The notes under the pieces: model-generated
Told to the model about the DNA's origin: nothing
Databases searched by the model: none
The model's input: only the letters and a program-made list of their open reading frames with translations
Position numbers and translations under genes: made by a program
Shown: positions 17,317 through 26,195 of the stretch, piece after piece
Layout: each line of letters starts with the position of its first letter
Position numbering within the stretch: the stretch's first letter is position 1
Assembly (NCBI GenBank): GCA_031266115.1
Contig: JAISBQ010000253.1
Coordinates: 1 to 36,339 of the forward strand
Source: Bifidobacteriaceae bacterium
Lineage (GTDB): Bacteria; Actinomycetota; Actinomycetes; Actinomycetales; WQXJ01
DNA: 36,339 nt
Direction of reading: 5' to 3'

Positions 17317-18591
17317 TCAGGGAAACGCGGTCGCCCCGCCGATCGAGGAAAACCAGGCGCCAATCCACCCCGATACCCAGGTTGCCGCCAGCAGCACCAT
17401 CGCGATGAACCATGGCCTTTGCGCGGCCAACGCGCGCGCCGGAGGAAACAGGAGAGGGAAGGCCGGCAGGATGAACCGTGGGAAGCAGACCCAGTAGGAG
17501 GCATTGGTCATCGCAAGCAGCACGATCCCGCAGGCGTAGGCGACGAGCGGCCATCGCATCCGCTGGGCGAAGCACGCGGCGAGGCAGATCAGCGCCCCGG
17601 CCACCGTGACCGCGACCACGGTCACGTTGAGGTAGTGGGGCTGCGCGAGCGCATCGGCGAGGCGGTGCACAAACTCGCTCAGCGGGTTCAGACGCGAGCC
17701 CCAACCGCTGCCCTGGACGTCGAGGTATCCCAGCGGCCGGCCCACCCGCCATCCGACCCACAGGACGAATCCGGTCCACCCCGCCGGCGCCATCACCATG
17801 CCGGCGGCGGCATGCAGGCGCTCGCGGCCCGGTGTCCGGCGCCGGACCAGGGCGATCGCGCAGGCGAGACCGACCACGATCCACAAGGCGATCCCCGTGG
17901 GCCGCGTCAGCCCGGCGACCAGGCTCGCGAGGCCGGCCCAGGCCCACTGTCGGCGCAACACACACCTCAGCGCGATGGCGGCGGGAAGAGTGAACAGCGA
18001 TTCGCTGAACCCGCCGGATTCCACGATCGCGATCGGCAACGCGCCCCATGCCATCGCCGCGACCACGGCCGCCCGCGCGGGCATGACCTCGCGGGCGACG
18101 GCGAAGATTGCCCATGCTGCCCCCATTCCGGCGAGCCACACGACCAGTACCGCCGCGGCAGGAACAGACATGGTCCCGGCCGGGATGATGGCCGCCACCA
18201 ACCGGATGGCCATGGGATAGACGGGGAAGAAGGCGAGGTTGACCTGGTGGTCCGCCGTCCACTCGTCGTAGCCGCGTTCGGCGATGGTGGCGTTCCAACT
18301 CGTGTCCCCGAACAACGCGAGCTGGTGCAGCGGATGGATGGTCGATTCGTCCGGCAGCCCCCACCAATAGACCGCGAGCGCCACCAGCCGCAGAGCCAGC
18401 CACCCGGCTACGGCCACACCGCCAGGACGATGCCGGGCCACGCTCCAGATTCGGCGCACCCACCCGGCGAAAGCACCCGCGGCGGCGTCTGCGGCGGCGT
18501 CCATACCCGTGCCCCCATCTCGGGGTATCCACAGGTGTCGCGCCCCACGCCGGCGCCGGGAGCGCTGAAGGACGTCATGCTCCGTCGGCAC
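17317..18591 (-). CDS. Multi-pass membrane GT-C glycosyltransferase (PIG-V/mannosyltransferase-like)
   Basis: GDTSW..IAERGY, NLAFFPVYP, FSESLFT, AGLTRPTG, VQGSGWG, PRFILPAFPLL, and many TM segments. Start is either GTG 18591 (7 nt after TACAAT) or ATG 18504. Confidence 0.82.
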   Translation of the reverse strand: MPTEHDVLQRSRRRRGARHLWIPRDGGTGMDAAADAAAGAFAGWVRRIWSVARHRPGGVAVAGWLALRLVALAVYWWGLPDESTIHPLHQLALFGDTSWNATIAERGYDEWTADHQVNLAFFPVYPMAIRLVAAIIPAGTMSVPAAAVLVVWLAGMGAAWAIFAVAREVMPARAAVVAAMAWGALPIAIVESGGFSESLFTLPAAIALRCVLRRQWAWAGLASLVAGLTRPTGIALWIVVGLACAIALVRRRTPGRERLHAAAGMVMAPAGWTGFVLWVGWRVGRPLGYLDVQGSGWGSRLNPLSEFVHRLADALAQPHYLNVTVVAVTVAGALICLAACFAQRMRWPLVAYACGIVLLAMTNASYWVCFPRFILPAFPLLFPPARALAAQRPWFIAMVLLAATWVSGWIGAWFSSIGGATAFP

Positions 18592-18676
18592 GGCGCCCAT
18601 TGTACGGTCCCACCCGCCGACGCCTGCGCTGTTCAGCGGTTCCGTCGGGCGAACGCCGGAGTACTAGATTGACCCG

Positions 18677-19633
18677 GTGACCCAACCGACCCCTGACCCA
18701 GCCGGCACCCCCGACCCCATGGCCGCCCCGTCCACGCCGTCCAGCCCCGACCGCCCCGGCCGTCAACCTGGTGGGAACCAACCGAACGCCCTCATGAAGT
18801 CCCTCATCAAGGCCGGGTTCATTGGCGGCGGCTACCTCACTCCTCGCCTCGCCGCGAAGACCGGTGCCGCCCTGTGGTGCCGCCTCCCACGCAACCAGGC
18901 CCGACGCAAGGACAACCGGCCTCATCCCGGCGAGATGGCGCGCATCGCCGTCGACGACACCCACCACCTCACTGTCGAATCGTGGGGGCCTGCCGACGCT
19001 CCCGTGGTCTACCTCGTCCACGGGTGGGGCGGGTGGCGGGGACAGGTCGCATCGTTCGTGCCGCCTCTCGTCGAAGCGGGGCTGCGCGCCGTGGCATTCG
19101 ATTGCCTGTCCCATGGCGATTCGGATCCCGGCGAGCACGGTGCGGGCTATTCCTCAGGCGGCGAGATGATCCGCTCACTGAAGGCGGTGGCCGCCATCGT
19201 CGGTCCGGCGCGTGGCGTGATTGCCCACTCGCTGGGATGCGGCGCGACGGCCAGGTCCATCCTCGAATCGGGTCTGAGCGCTGAGCGCCTCGCCTTCATC
19301 GCCCCCAACCCCGACATGGGCGCCATCGCCGCCGATTTCGGACGGTCACTCGGGTTCCCCCCGCGGACAATTCGCCTGATGATCCACGCGATGGAACGCT
19401 GGGCCCATCGCACCGTGGCCGATTTCGACATCGCCGCCATGGGAGCCACAGGCGCGTTGCCACCGGCGCTGGTGGTCCACGATCGCGCCGACAAGGAAGT
19501 CCCGTTCGCGACGGCGACGGACATCGAGGCGCGCTGGCCGGGCTCACGCCTCATGCCTACGCAAGGGTACGGTCACCATCGCATCCTCATCGCTCCGGAG
19601 GTGATCCGGGCCGCCACGGCGCATATGGGATGA
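18677..19633 (+). CDS. Alpha/beta-fold hydrolase
   Basis: VYLVHGWGG, AFDCLSHGDS, nucleophile IAHSLG, VVHDRADKEVP (Asp), GYGHHRIL (His). TAGATT lies 6 nt before the GTG. Confidence 0.9.
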   Translation: MTQPTPDPAGTPDPMAAPSTPSSPDRPGRQPGGNQPNALMKSLIKAGFIGGGYLTPRLAAKTGAALWCRLPRNQARRKDNRPHPGEMARIAVDDTHHLTVESWGPADAPVVYLVHGWGGWRGQVASFVPPLVEAGLRAVAFDCLSHGDSDPGEHGAGYSSGGEMIRSLKAVAAIVGPARGVIAHSLGCGATARSILESGLSAERLAFIAPNPDMGAIAADFGRSLGFPPRTIRLMIHAMERWAHRTVADFDIAAMGATGALPPALVVHDRADKEVPFATATDIEARWPGSRLMPTQGYGHHRILIAPEVIRAATAHMG

Positions 19634-19706
19634 GACGTGCACCGACGATGGCGATCCCGGCCATGGTCACGGCGACGTCGCCCGCGCGCGTCTAGGGTTG
19701 GAGGCC

Positions 19707-20711
19707 ATGGAACAGCGCACCTTAGGCAAGACCGGCGTCGACGTGTCCGTCATCGGACTCGGTACCTGGCAATTCGGACCGACATGGCGAGATCTCAGCG
19801 ACACGGAGGCGATGGCGATCCTGGCGACCGCCGCCGACGCCGGCGTCACCGTGTTCGATACGGCCGACGTGTACGGCGACGGCCGAAGCGAGGCGTTGAT
19901 CGGGCGTTTCCTTGCGGAGCACGGCACCGACTACCCCGCCGGGATCACGGTGTTGACCAAGATGGGGCGCCGTGCCAACCCCCACGTGGCCGCAGCCTAC
20001 AACGAGGCCAACTTCCGCGCCTGGCTGGACCGATCGCGCGCCAACCTGCAGGTGGACACGATCCCACTGGTCCAACTGCACTGCCCACCCACCTCCGTCT
20101 ACTCCCGCCCGGACGTCTTCGACGCTCTCGACGCCATCCAGGCAGACGGCATCATTGCCCACTACGGCGTATCGGTGGAGACAGCCGGCGAGGCGATGAC
20201 CGCCATCGGCCATCCCGGTGTGGCGAGTGTCCAGATCATCCTCAACGTCCTGCGCCGCAAACCCCTGGAACGGGTGCTGCCAGCGGCGGCCGCCGCGGGG
20301 GTGGGCATCATCGCGCGGGTGCCGCTCGCATCAGGCCTGCTGACCGGCAAGTTCACCAAGGACACGGTGTTCGCACCCACCGATCATCGGACGTTCAACC
20401 GGCACGGGGAGGCTTTCGATCAGGGAGAGACGTTCTCCGGCGTCCCCTACGAAGCTGGCCTCGAGGCGGCGGCTCAGGTCGAGGCGATCGCCCACACTCT
20501 GCCGGATGCGCCATCGGCCTCCCAACTCGCCCTGCGCTGGGTTCTCGATCAGCCGGGCGTGAGCACCGTCATCCCAGGCGCGTCATCGACCAGCCACGTC
20601 CGCTCCAACGTGGTCGCCGCAGGGTTGCCGCGGCTGTCGGGCGCCACGCTCGACGCTCTGCAGGCCGTCTACGATTCCACCGTGCGCGCCGCGGTCCACC
20701 ACCGCTGGTGA
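19707..20711 (+). CDS. Aldo/keto reductase
   Basis: MEQRTLGKTGVDVSVIGLGTWQFG, FDTADVYGDGRSE, LTKMG, LVQLHCPP, IARVPLASGLLTGK, VIPGAS. GGAGG precedes ATG 19707. Confidence 0.95.
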   Translation: MEQRTLGKTGVDVSVIGLGTWQFGPTWRDLSDTEAMAILATAADAGVTVFDTADVYGDGRSEALIGRFLAEHGTDYPAGITVLTKMGRRANPHVAAAYNEANFRAWLDRSRANLQVDTIPLVQLHCPPTSVYSRPDVFDALDAIQADGIIAHYGVSVETAGEAMTAIGHPGVASVQIILNVLRRKPLERVLPAAAAAGVGIIARVPLASGLLTGKFTKDTVFAPTDHRTFNRHGEAFDQGETFSGVPYEAGLEAAAQVEAIAHTLPDAPSASQLALRWVLDQPGVSTVIPGASSTSHVRSNVVAAGLPRLSGATLDALQAVYDSTVRAAVHHRW

Positions 20712-20736
20712 TGCCGGACCACTCGAAAGGAAACCC

Positions 20737-21723
20737 ATGTCCCTGACCATCCTGTTCATCGGCGGCACCGGCACCATTTCCCATGCCTGTGTCCGGCGGG
20801 CGTTGACCACCGGGCACCGCGTGACCGTCCTCAACCGTGGCCAATCGGCGCTGCGCCCTCTGCCCCCGGACGTGGAACTCGTGACCGCGGACATTCGCGG
20901 CGACGATGTCGCATCAACTCTCGCGGGCCGCACGTTCGACGTGGTGTGCGACTTCCTCAGCTACACACCGGATCATCTGGCCCGCGGTGTCAGCCAGTGG
21001 CGCGGACGCACCGGCCAATATGTGTTCATCTCCTCGGCCTCGGCCTACTCCAAGCCGGTCGCGCGCCTGCCCATCGTGGAGTCCACACCCTTGGTGAACC
21101 CGTTCTGGCAGTATTCGCGTGACAAGGCGGCATGCGAGGACCTGCTGATGGGGCTGATCCGCTCGGAGGGTTTCCCGGCCACCATCGTTCGCCCTTCCCA
21201 CACGTACGACGGCGGGATGACGTTGACCGCCGGAGGATGGACCGACATCGACCGCATGCGTCGCGGCGCGCCCGTCATCGTGCTCGGCGATGGGACGAGC
21301 CTGTGGACGCTCACGCATGCGAGCGACTTCGCGGCGTGGTTTGTGCCGCTGCTGGGGGATCGGCGTGCCGTAGGGGACGTCTTCCACATCACCGGCGATG
21401 AAGTGTTGCCGTGGGATGCCATCTACACCGAGTTGGCGCATGCCGCCGGGGTGCACTCGCCGCACCTGGTCCACGTGGCCTCGGCCACCATCGCTCGCGC
21501 ACTTCCTGAACTCGGCCCGGACCTGTTGGGCGACAAGGCGCATTCGGTGATCTTCGACAACACGAAGGTCCGTTCCATCGCCACCGGCCACGCCCAGAAG
21601 GTGCCGTTCTGGCAGGGGGCTCGCGAGATTGTCGCCTTCCACGACGCCCACCCGGGCCTCCAGGTGGTGGACCCGGTCGCCGACCGGGCATTCGACGCCC
21701 TCGCCGAAGCGGCACTGGGCTGA
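20737..21723 (+). CDS. NAD-dependent epimerase/dehydratase (extended SDR)
   Basis: ILFIGGTGTIS, VLNRG, YVFISSASAY, YSRDK (YxxxK), IVRPSHTY. AAAGGA RBS upstream. Confidence 0.93.
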   Translation: MSLTILFIGGTGTISHACVRRALTTGHRVTVLNRGQSALRPLPPDVELVTADIRGDDVASTLAGRTFDVVCDFLSYTPDHLARGVSQWRGRTGQYVFISSASAYSKPVARLPIVESTPLVNPFWQYSRDKAACEDLLMGLIRSEGFPATIVRPSHTYDGGMTLTAGGWTDIDRMRRGAPVIVLGDGTSLWTLTHASDFAAWFVPLLGDRRAVGDVFHITGDEVLPWDAIYTELAHAAGVHSPHLVHVASATIARALPELGPDLLGDKAHSVIFDNTKVRSIATGHAQKVPFWQGAREIVAFHDAHPGLQVVDPVADRAFDALAEAALG

Positions 21724-21747
21724 TCCCTTGCACCGTCGGGTGGCGCC

Positions 21748-22146
21748 CTAGGCCCCAGCTCCCAGCACGGGCAGCCCAAGGAGCAGGGCCGCCTCAGCCA
21801 TTCGTTCGTCGAAAGTCACCACAGCTTCGAGATCGTCACCGAGCGTCAGCGCGCTCGCCACATGAATCGCATCCAAGCTCCGCGGTATCGCCGGGTCCAG
21901 GTCTGCTGCCCTGTCGAGGACAGCGAGGTCCACGACAATCAGATCGAGAGATTCAAGAAGCTGTCGCGCGCGAACCTTGGTGGCGAGCGGCTGCGTCCGA
22001 ACCGCTCGCAACAGCTCAGTCCAGGCGATGGCGCTCGATGTGGGGCGCTCGCGCATGTGGGCCCAGATTGCCCGCGCACTGTCGCTTCCAGGTTCCATGA
22101 CGAGAACCTTCACCAACGCGGACGTGTCGACGTAGCACGTCATCAT
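21748..22146 (-). CDS. vapC: Type II TA toxin, VapC/PIN domain
   Basis: CYVDTSALVK, EPGS, TELLRA, RSLDAIHVASAL, VTFDERMAEAA. The start overlaps the antitoxin stop (TAATG). Confidence 0.92.
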   Translation of the reverse strand: MMTCYVDTSALVKVLVMEPGSDSARAIWAHMRERPTSSAIAWTELLRAVRTQPLATKVRARQLLESLDLIVVDLAVLDRAADLDPAIPRSLDAIHVASALTLGDDLEAVVTFDERMAEAALLLGLPVLGAGA

Positions 22147-22421
22147 TACCACCTCTCCGCATCACGCATCTCGGCAAGAACCTCACTGGGAGATGGCTGA
22201 CCCTCGCCAAGTTCCTCTGGCGGACCGAAATCGCGATGGTCGCGCGACGCGGGGCGCAGACGCCCAGCGGCGACCATCCGTTCGCGGCGCGTCGCGGGAA
22301 GGGGGATGATCTGGGCGACTTCAGCGCCCCTGTCTGTGATGATGACTTCTTCGCCCCTTCTCGCCGCTGCTATCGCACCGGCTGGATTCTGACGCAGTTC
22401 ACGGATCCCGACTGACCTCAT
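22146..22421 (-). CDS. vapB: Type II TA antitoxin, Phd/YefM family
   Basis: MRSVGIRELRQN...GEEVIITDRGAEVAQIIP; directly upstream of and coupled to the PIN toxin. Confidence 0.92.
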   Translation of the reverse strand: MRSVGIRELRQNPAGAIAAARRGEEVIITDRGAEVAQIIPLPATRRERMVAAGRLRPASRDHRDFGPPEELGEGQPSPSEVLAEMRDAERW

Positions 22422-22439
22422 GATCTACATTGTAGGTCA
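22421..22439 (-). promoter_or_regulatory. Leaderless promoter (-10 TACAAT) inside a palindromic autorepression operator
   Basis: Minus strand reads TGACC-TACAAT-GTAGATC-ATG. The 19-mer TGATCTACATTGTAGGTCA matches its reverse complement at 16 of 19 positions. Confidence 0.75.
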
Positions 22440-22537
22440 CTCACGCCGCCATGGCCACGCTCCCCCGGAGGGCCACGCCCTGCCGCGCCTCGGCGACCCA
22501 TGCCGTCCCCGAGACCCTGTGGCCTGCCCAGACAGAG

Positions 22538-22683
22538 CGCCGAGTTTCACCTTTCCGGGCTGAATCGGGTGTCTTTGCCCCTCAAACCTGAAACTCGGCG
22601 ACCCGAGCGCCCGGCCAGAACGTCGAGTTTCAGGTTTGGGGGCCAGATTGGCCCGTTTTGGCCCGCGAAGGTGAAACTCGGCG
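22538..22683. repeat. Family A REP/MITE-like elements, copies 3 and 4 as an inverted pair
   Basis: 22538-22600 has a perfect 12-bp terminal IR (CGCCGAGTTTCA/TGAAACTCGGCG); 22621-22683 is an inverted copy. Confidence 0.9.
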
Positions 22684-22765
22684 GACTGGTGGGTCCGTAC
22701 TCTGCCTGGATCTCTCCGGTCGGCGCGGCATCGTGCCGCGTCGCGGGGGCGATTGCGGTGTTAGG

Positions 22766-23611
22766 TCAACGGAAACCCGTGATGAGGATTGAGCGGACGA
22801 TGTGCTTTTGCGTGAGGACAAACAGGGTCACAATCGGTGCCATCGCGATGACGGCCGCGGCGGTGACGAGGGTCCAGTGGCTGTTGTATTGTCCTTGGAG
22901 TGCCGCCGTCGCGACGGTGAGGACCTGCCACTGTGTGCCAGACGTCACAATCCGTGGCCACATGAACGAGTTCCATTGCGAAACCACGGTGATGAGGGTG
23001 AGCGTGACGATGATCGGCCGGCTGAGGGGGATGACGATCTCGACCAACATGTCCAGAGTTGACACCCCATCCAGCCGAGCAGCATCGACCACTTCTTGAG
23101 GGATAGCCCGGAAACGCTCCCTCAACAAGAAGATCGCATAGGGCGAGCCGAAGCACAGGGGCAGCACCAGACCCCAGAACGTGTCGCGCAGGCCGAATTG
23201 GACCATCATGAGGTATAGCGGCACCACGGTGACCGCTTGAGGGATCATCAGTGTCGAGAGGTAGACCCAAAACAGGGGTTCACGTCCGGGGAATGTCAAC
23301 CGCGCAAAGGCAAAGGCAGCCAGGATAGAGAACGTCACCTGGGTCAGCACCACGAATGCGGTCACCGCCGCGGTCACCCAAATCGAGTGGGTGAGATTGT
23401 GGGAACCGCCGAGCAGTTCGGCGAAGTTGACCGTAGAAGGCGGCTGGGGAGGCGCCAGCGCCGAGTGGGAGGCAAAGTCGCTAGGCGTCTTGATGGCCGT
23501 GGAGACTGTCAGGAGCAGAGGGCCGATGGCGGCCAGTGCCCCTGCCACAAGCAGGGCGTAGACCCCGGCGGCGCGCGCCGGTGTGGCGACGCGCTCACGT
23601 AGAGAGGTCAT
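22766..23611 (-). CDS. uspB: Carbohydrate ABC transporter permease, UspB-like
   Basis: AAFAFARLTFPGRE.LFWVYLSTLMIP, FGSPYAIFLLRE.F, EAA loop DAARLDG, VVSQWNSFMWP. Closely resembles Mtb UspB as recalled. Start ATG 23611 (MTSLRER). Confidence 0.9.
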   Translation of the reverse strand: MTSLRERVATPARAAGVYALLVAGALAAIGPLLLTVSTAIKTPSDFASHSALAPPQPPSTVNFAELLGGSHNLTHSIWVTAAVTAFVVLTQVTFSILAAFAFARLTFPGREPLFWVYLSTLMIPQAVTVVPLYLMMVQFGLRDTFWGLVLPLCFGSPYAIFLLRERFRAIPQEVVDAARLDGVSTLDMLVEIVIPLSRPIIVTLTLITVVSQWNSFMWPRIVTSGTQWQVLTVATAALQGQYNSHWTLVTAAAVIAMAPIVTLFVLTQKHIVRSILITGFR

Positions 23612-24485
23612 AGGTGGTCCTCTTGTCGAAATACAGTTTCTGGAGTAGCGCCATCGCTGCGAGCAAGATAAACACCACCAGGGCCATCGCTGCGGCCGAG
23701 CCGAATTCGTGATTTTGGAACGCCTCGTAGTAGATGCGTGCACCCACCACATCTGTGGCATACAGCGGTCCGCCGCCAGTCAGGACATAGACCGTATCGA
23801 AGGTCTGCGCCGCCGTGATCGCCGTGGTCAGCAGGACAAAGAACAAGGTTGGCCGCAAGAGCGGCACCGTGATGGTCCAGAAGATGCGCAATCGCCCAGC
23901 GCCGTCGAGCTGGGCCGCCTCGGTGATGGTCTCGGGGATGGCACCGAGGCCTGATAGGAAAAACAGAGTCACATATCCCACCTGCGACCAGACAGAGACC
24001 AACGCCACGGAAGGCAACGCGAGCGCCTGATCGGAGAGCCATTCAATCCGGTGACCGATCAGCGTATTCAACGCTCCGTGCGAGGGGGCCAGCACCCACG
24101 TCCACATGACGCCGACAGCGATCGGGGCGCACACCCACGGCAGGACGTAGAGGGTGCGAAAGAAGCCAGAACCGGGGAGCCGACGGTGCAGGAGGTTCGC
24201 GAAAAACAGCCCCAGCGCGGTTTGAGTAGGGATGACAATGAGCACGAAGGCGCCGGTGACGAGCAGTGAATTCGCGAAGCGGCCGTTCGTCATGATGCCG
24301 ACCCAGTTCGCTAGACCGACAAAGCGCGGCGGGGAGATGAGGTTCCAGCGGTAGAACGAAAGCCAGACGACGATGGCGATCGGCACGAGCATGAACAGGA
24401 CCACGCCAATCAGGCTCGGGGTGAGCAACGCCCACGCCGTCAAAGCCTCGCCGGCCTTGCGTCGCGTACGCCCGAGTGATCGCAT
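23595..24485 (-). CDS. uspA: Carbohydrate ABC transporter permease, UspA-like
   Basis: RRLPGSGFFRTLYVLPWVCAP, GHRIEWLSD, EAAQLDGA, FDTVYVLTGGGP, RIYYEAF. Closely resembles Mtb UspA as recalled. Confidence 0.92.
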   Translation of the reverse strand: MRSLGRTRRKAGEALTAWALLTPSLIGVVLFMLVPIAIVVWLSFYRWNLISPPRFVGLANWVGIMTNGRFANSLLVTGAFVLIVIPTQTALGLFFANLLHRRLPGSGFFRTLYVLPWVCAPIAVGVMWTWVLAPSHGALNTLIGHRIEWLSDQALALPSVALVSVWSQVGYVTLFFLSGLGAIPETITEAAQLDGAGRLRIFWTITVPLLRPTLFFVLLTTAITAAQTFDTVYVLTGGGPLYATDVVGARIYYEAFQNHEFGSAAAMALVVFILLAAMALLQKLYFDKRTTYDLST

Positions 24486-24514
24486 AGCGGCTGGGGATGT
24501 CCCGGCGTCCTCGC

Positions 24515-25843
24515 CTAGTCGGCCAGCGCGGCGTTCGCTTTCTCCTGGGCGTCCCGCAATCCGGCGTCAACCTCGGTGTCACCCAAGAACATCGACTTGA
24601 AGATCGGCGTATATTCGGCCTCCGCCTCTTGCGCGTGAGTCGAGGTGAGAACGGGCAAGGTGAAGGTCTCACCGGCAAAGAACGGGGAGATGTCCACCCC
24701 TTGCGCATCCCAGAACGCGGTGTAGGCGCCGCGCGCGTCGAGAACGGCTGGAACCGCCGATCCGCTGGCGCCGATGGCGGTTGACCCGTCCTGCGAGCCG
24801 AGCCACCGCAAGACCTCGAGTGTCGCCTCCTTGTTGTTGGTGGCAGCGTTGCCGGCGGCGATGATGCCGTTGGTGACCGTCCGAGCGCCGGCTGGTCCGG
24901 CGGGAACCGGAGCCACACCCCACGTGAATTGGGCGCCATCGACAACCTCTTTGAGGTTGTACAGGCCGGTTTCGAACAAGGCGAGGTTCCCCTGAAGGAA
25001 CTGCTCTTTCGAGAAATTGCCGTTTTCGTTGGTGTCCGCCGCCGATGGCGCAACATGGTGCCGTGTGACAAGGTCAACCGCGTAGTGAATCGCCTCGGCC
25101 GAGGCGTCGGAAGCGAACTCGAAGCCGTCTTCCGTGCGCCACGTCCCGCCATTCGAGCCGACATAGTTGAAGATGATGGCGTCTTGATCGAAGGCGGCGT
25201 TGTAGCCATACTGCGCGAGTGCCGACCCGTCGAACTCGGGATCGTCACCGCGGCGGCCCGCGGTATCGACGGTCAGCGCCTTGGCCACATCCACAAAGGT
25301 GTCGGCGCTCTCGGTGGGGCTCCACGCAAGACCCTCAAGATCGCTGTCGTTGAGGCCGGCATCGGCGAGAAGGTCGGCGTTGTACAGGAGCGCCTTGCCG
25401 CCATCGGCCAGTTGCGGAACACCCCAGAGCTTGCCGTCGCGCGTGTACTGGGCGACCACGGCCGGATCCCAGCCGTCTGCGGCACCATCTCCCAACTCGG
25501 CGCCGACGTCAATGAGGTTGTCATTGTCCGCATAGGTGGTGAAGAAGGTGTTGAGCCAGAAGATGTCGGCGGCGGTGCCACCGGCCACATCGGTAACCAG
25601 GTTGTCCCAGTATGTCGCCCACGGATCGACCACGACTTCGACGGTGATGTCGGGATGGGCTTCGGTGAACTGGGCGAACGAGTCCTCATAGGCGGCGGCA
25701 ACCGCCTCATCCCACAGCTTCACGGTGACCACGGCGTCGTCGCTCGACCCACCACCGAGCTTCGGAGCGATGATCGCAGCCGCTCCACCAAGAACAATCG
25801 CCGCGGCGACAACCGTTGCGACAACCTGTGACCTCTTTGCCAT
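24515..25843 (-). CDS. Sugar ABC transporter substrate-binding protein (SBP_bac_1, UspC-like), N-terminally anchored
   Basis: N-terminal hydrophobic segment, VKLWD, F...HPDITVEV, GTAADIFWLN, DGKLWGVPQL, ALLYNADL. GAGGGAG RBS upstream. Confidence 0.93.
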   Translation of the reverse strand: MAKRSQVVATVVAAAIVLGGAAAIIAPKLGGGSSDDAVVTVKLWDEAVAAAYEDSFAQFTEAHPDITVEVVVDPWATYWDNLVTDVAGGTAADIFWLNTFFTTYADNDNLIDVGAELGDGAADGWDPAVVAQYTRDGKLWGVPQLADGGKALLYNADLLADAGLNDSDLEGLAWSPTESADTFVDVAKALTVDTAGRRGDDPEFDGSALAQYGYNAAFDQDAIIFNYVGSNGGTWRTEDGFEFASDASAEAIHYAVDLVTRHHVAPSAADTNENGNFSKEQFLQGNLALFETGLYNLKEVVDGAQFTWGVAPVPAGPAGARTVTNGIIAAGNAATNNKEATLEVLRWLGSQDGSTAIGASGSAVPAVLDARGAYTAFWDAQGVDISPFFAGETFTLPVLTSTHAQEAEAEYTPIFKSMFLGDTEVDAGLRDAQEKANAALAD

Positions 25844-25984
25844 TGTGCTCCCTCGCTTCTGTTGTGTGACGTGGTGCCCCGACCGGACATCCTTGGCGGT
25901 CTACCGGCAGTAGTGACAGCACCGGGAGGCTACAGCACCGAGCGCCGAACGGGCGCGGCGCCCCAGCCGCATGAGACTCTGTCA

Positions 25985-26060
25985 CGCTCGGGCCCTCAGC
26001 TATCGCGCCGCAGCCTCGGGCGTGGTGTCCAGACCCTGGTGTGAAGGCCCCTGACGAGCG
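25985..26060 (-). promoter_or_regulatory. Candidate structured 5' leader (riboswitch-like multi-stem) of the ABC operon
   Basis: On the minus strand, CGCTC/GAGCG and GGGCCTTCA/TGAGGGCCC close a junction containing CCAG-ggt-CTGG and CGCC...GGCG hairpins. It begins just after a TATCAT -10-like hexamer (26064-26069). Confidence 0.4.
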
Positions 26061-26141
26061 GCAATGATACGCCACCGGTGTCGTGGCCAGCGCCGCGACA
26101 AGCCGCGTGCGCTCAAGGTCAGGTGTGGTCCGCGTTCCCCT

Positions 26142-26165
26142 CCGCATTCCCCTCGGGGGATGCGG
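26142..26165 (-). terminator. GC-rich hairpin downstream of the second vapC
   Basis: CCGCATTCCCC-TC-GGGGGATGCGG, an imperfect inverted repeat ~30 nt past the vapC stop; no U-tract. Confidence 0.4.
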
Positions 26166-26195
26166 GTTCCCGTTCAGGCGGGATGGGTATTCGGC

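Noticed and set aside
16613-18672. Plus-strand ORFs of 294 aa and 621 aa
   Set aside because: They run through non-coding repeats and antisense to the GT-C gene; the repeated RIEIxEYQ peptide simply reflects the DNA repeat.
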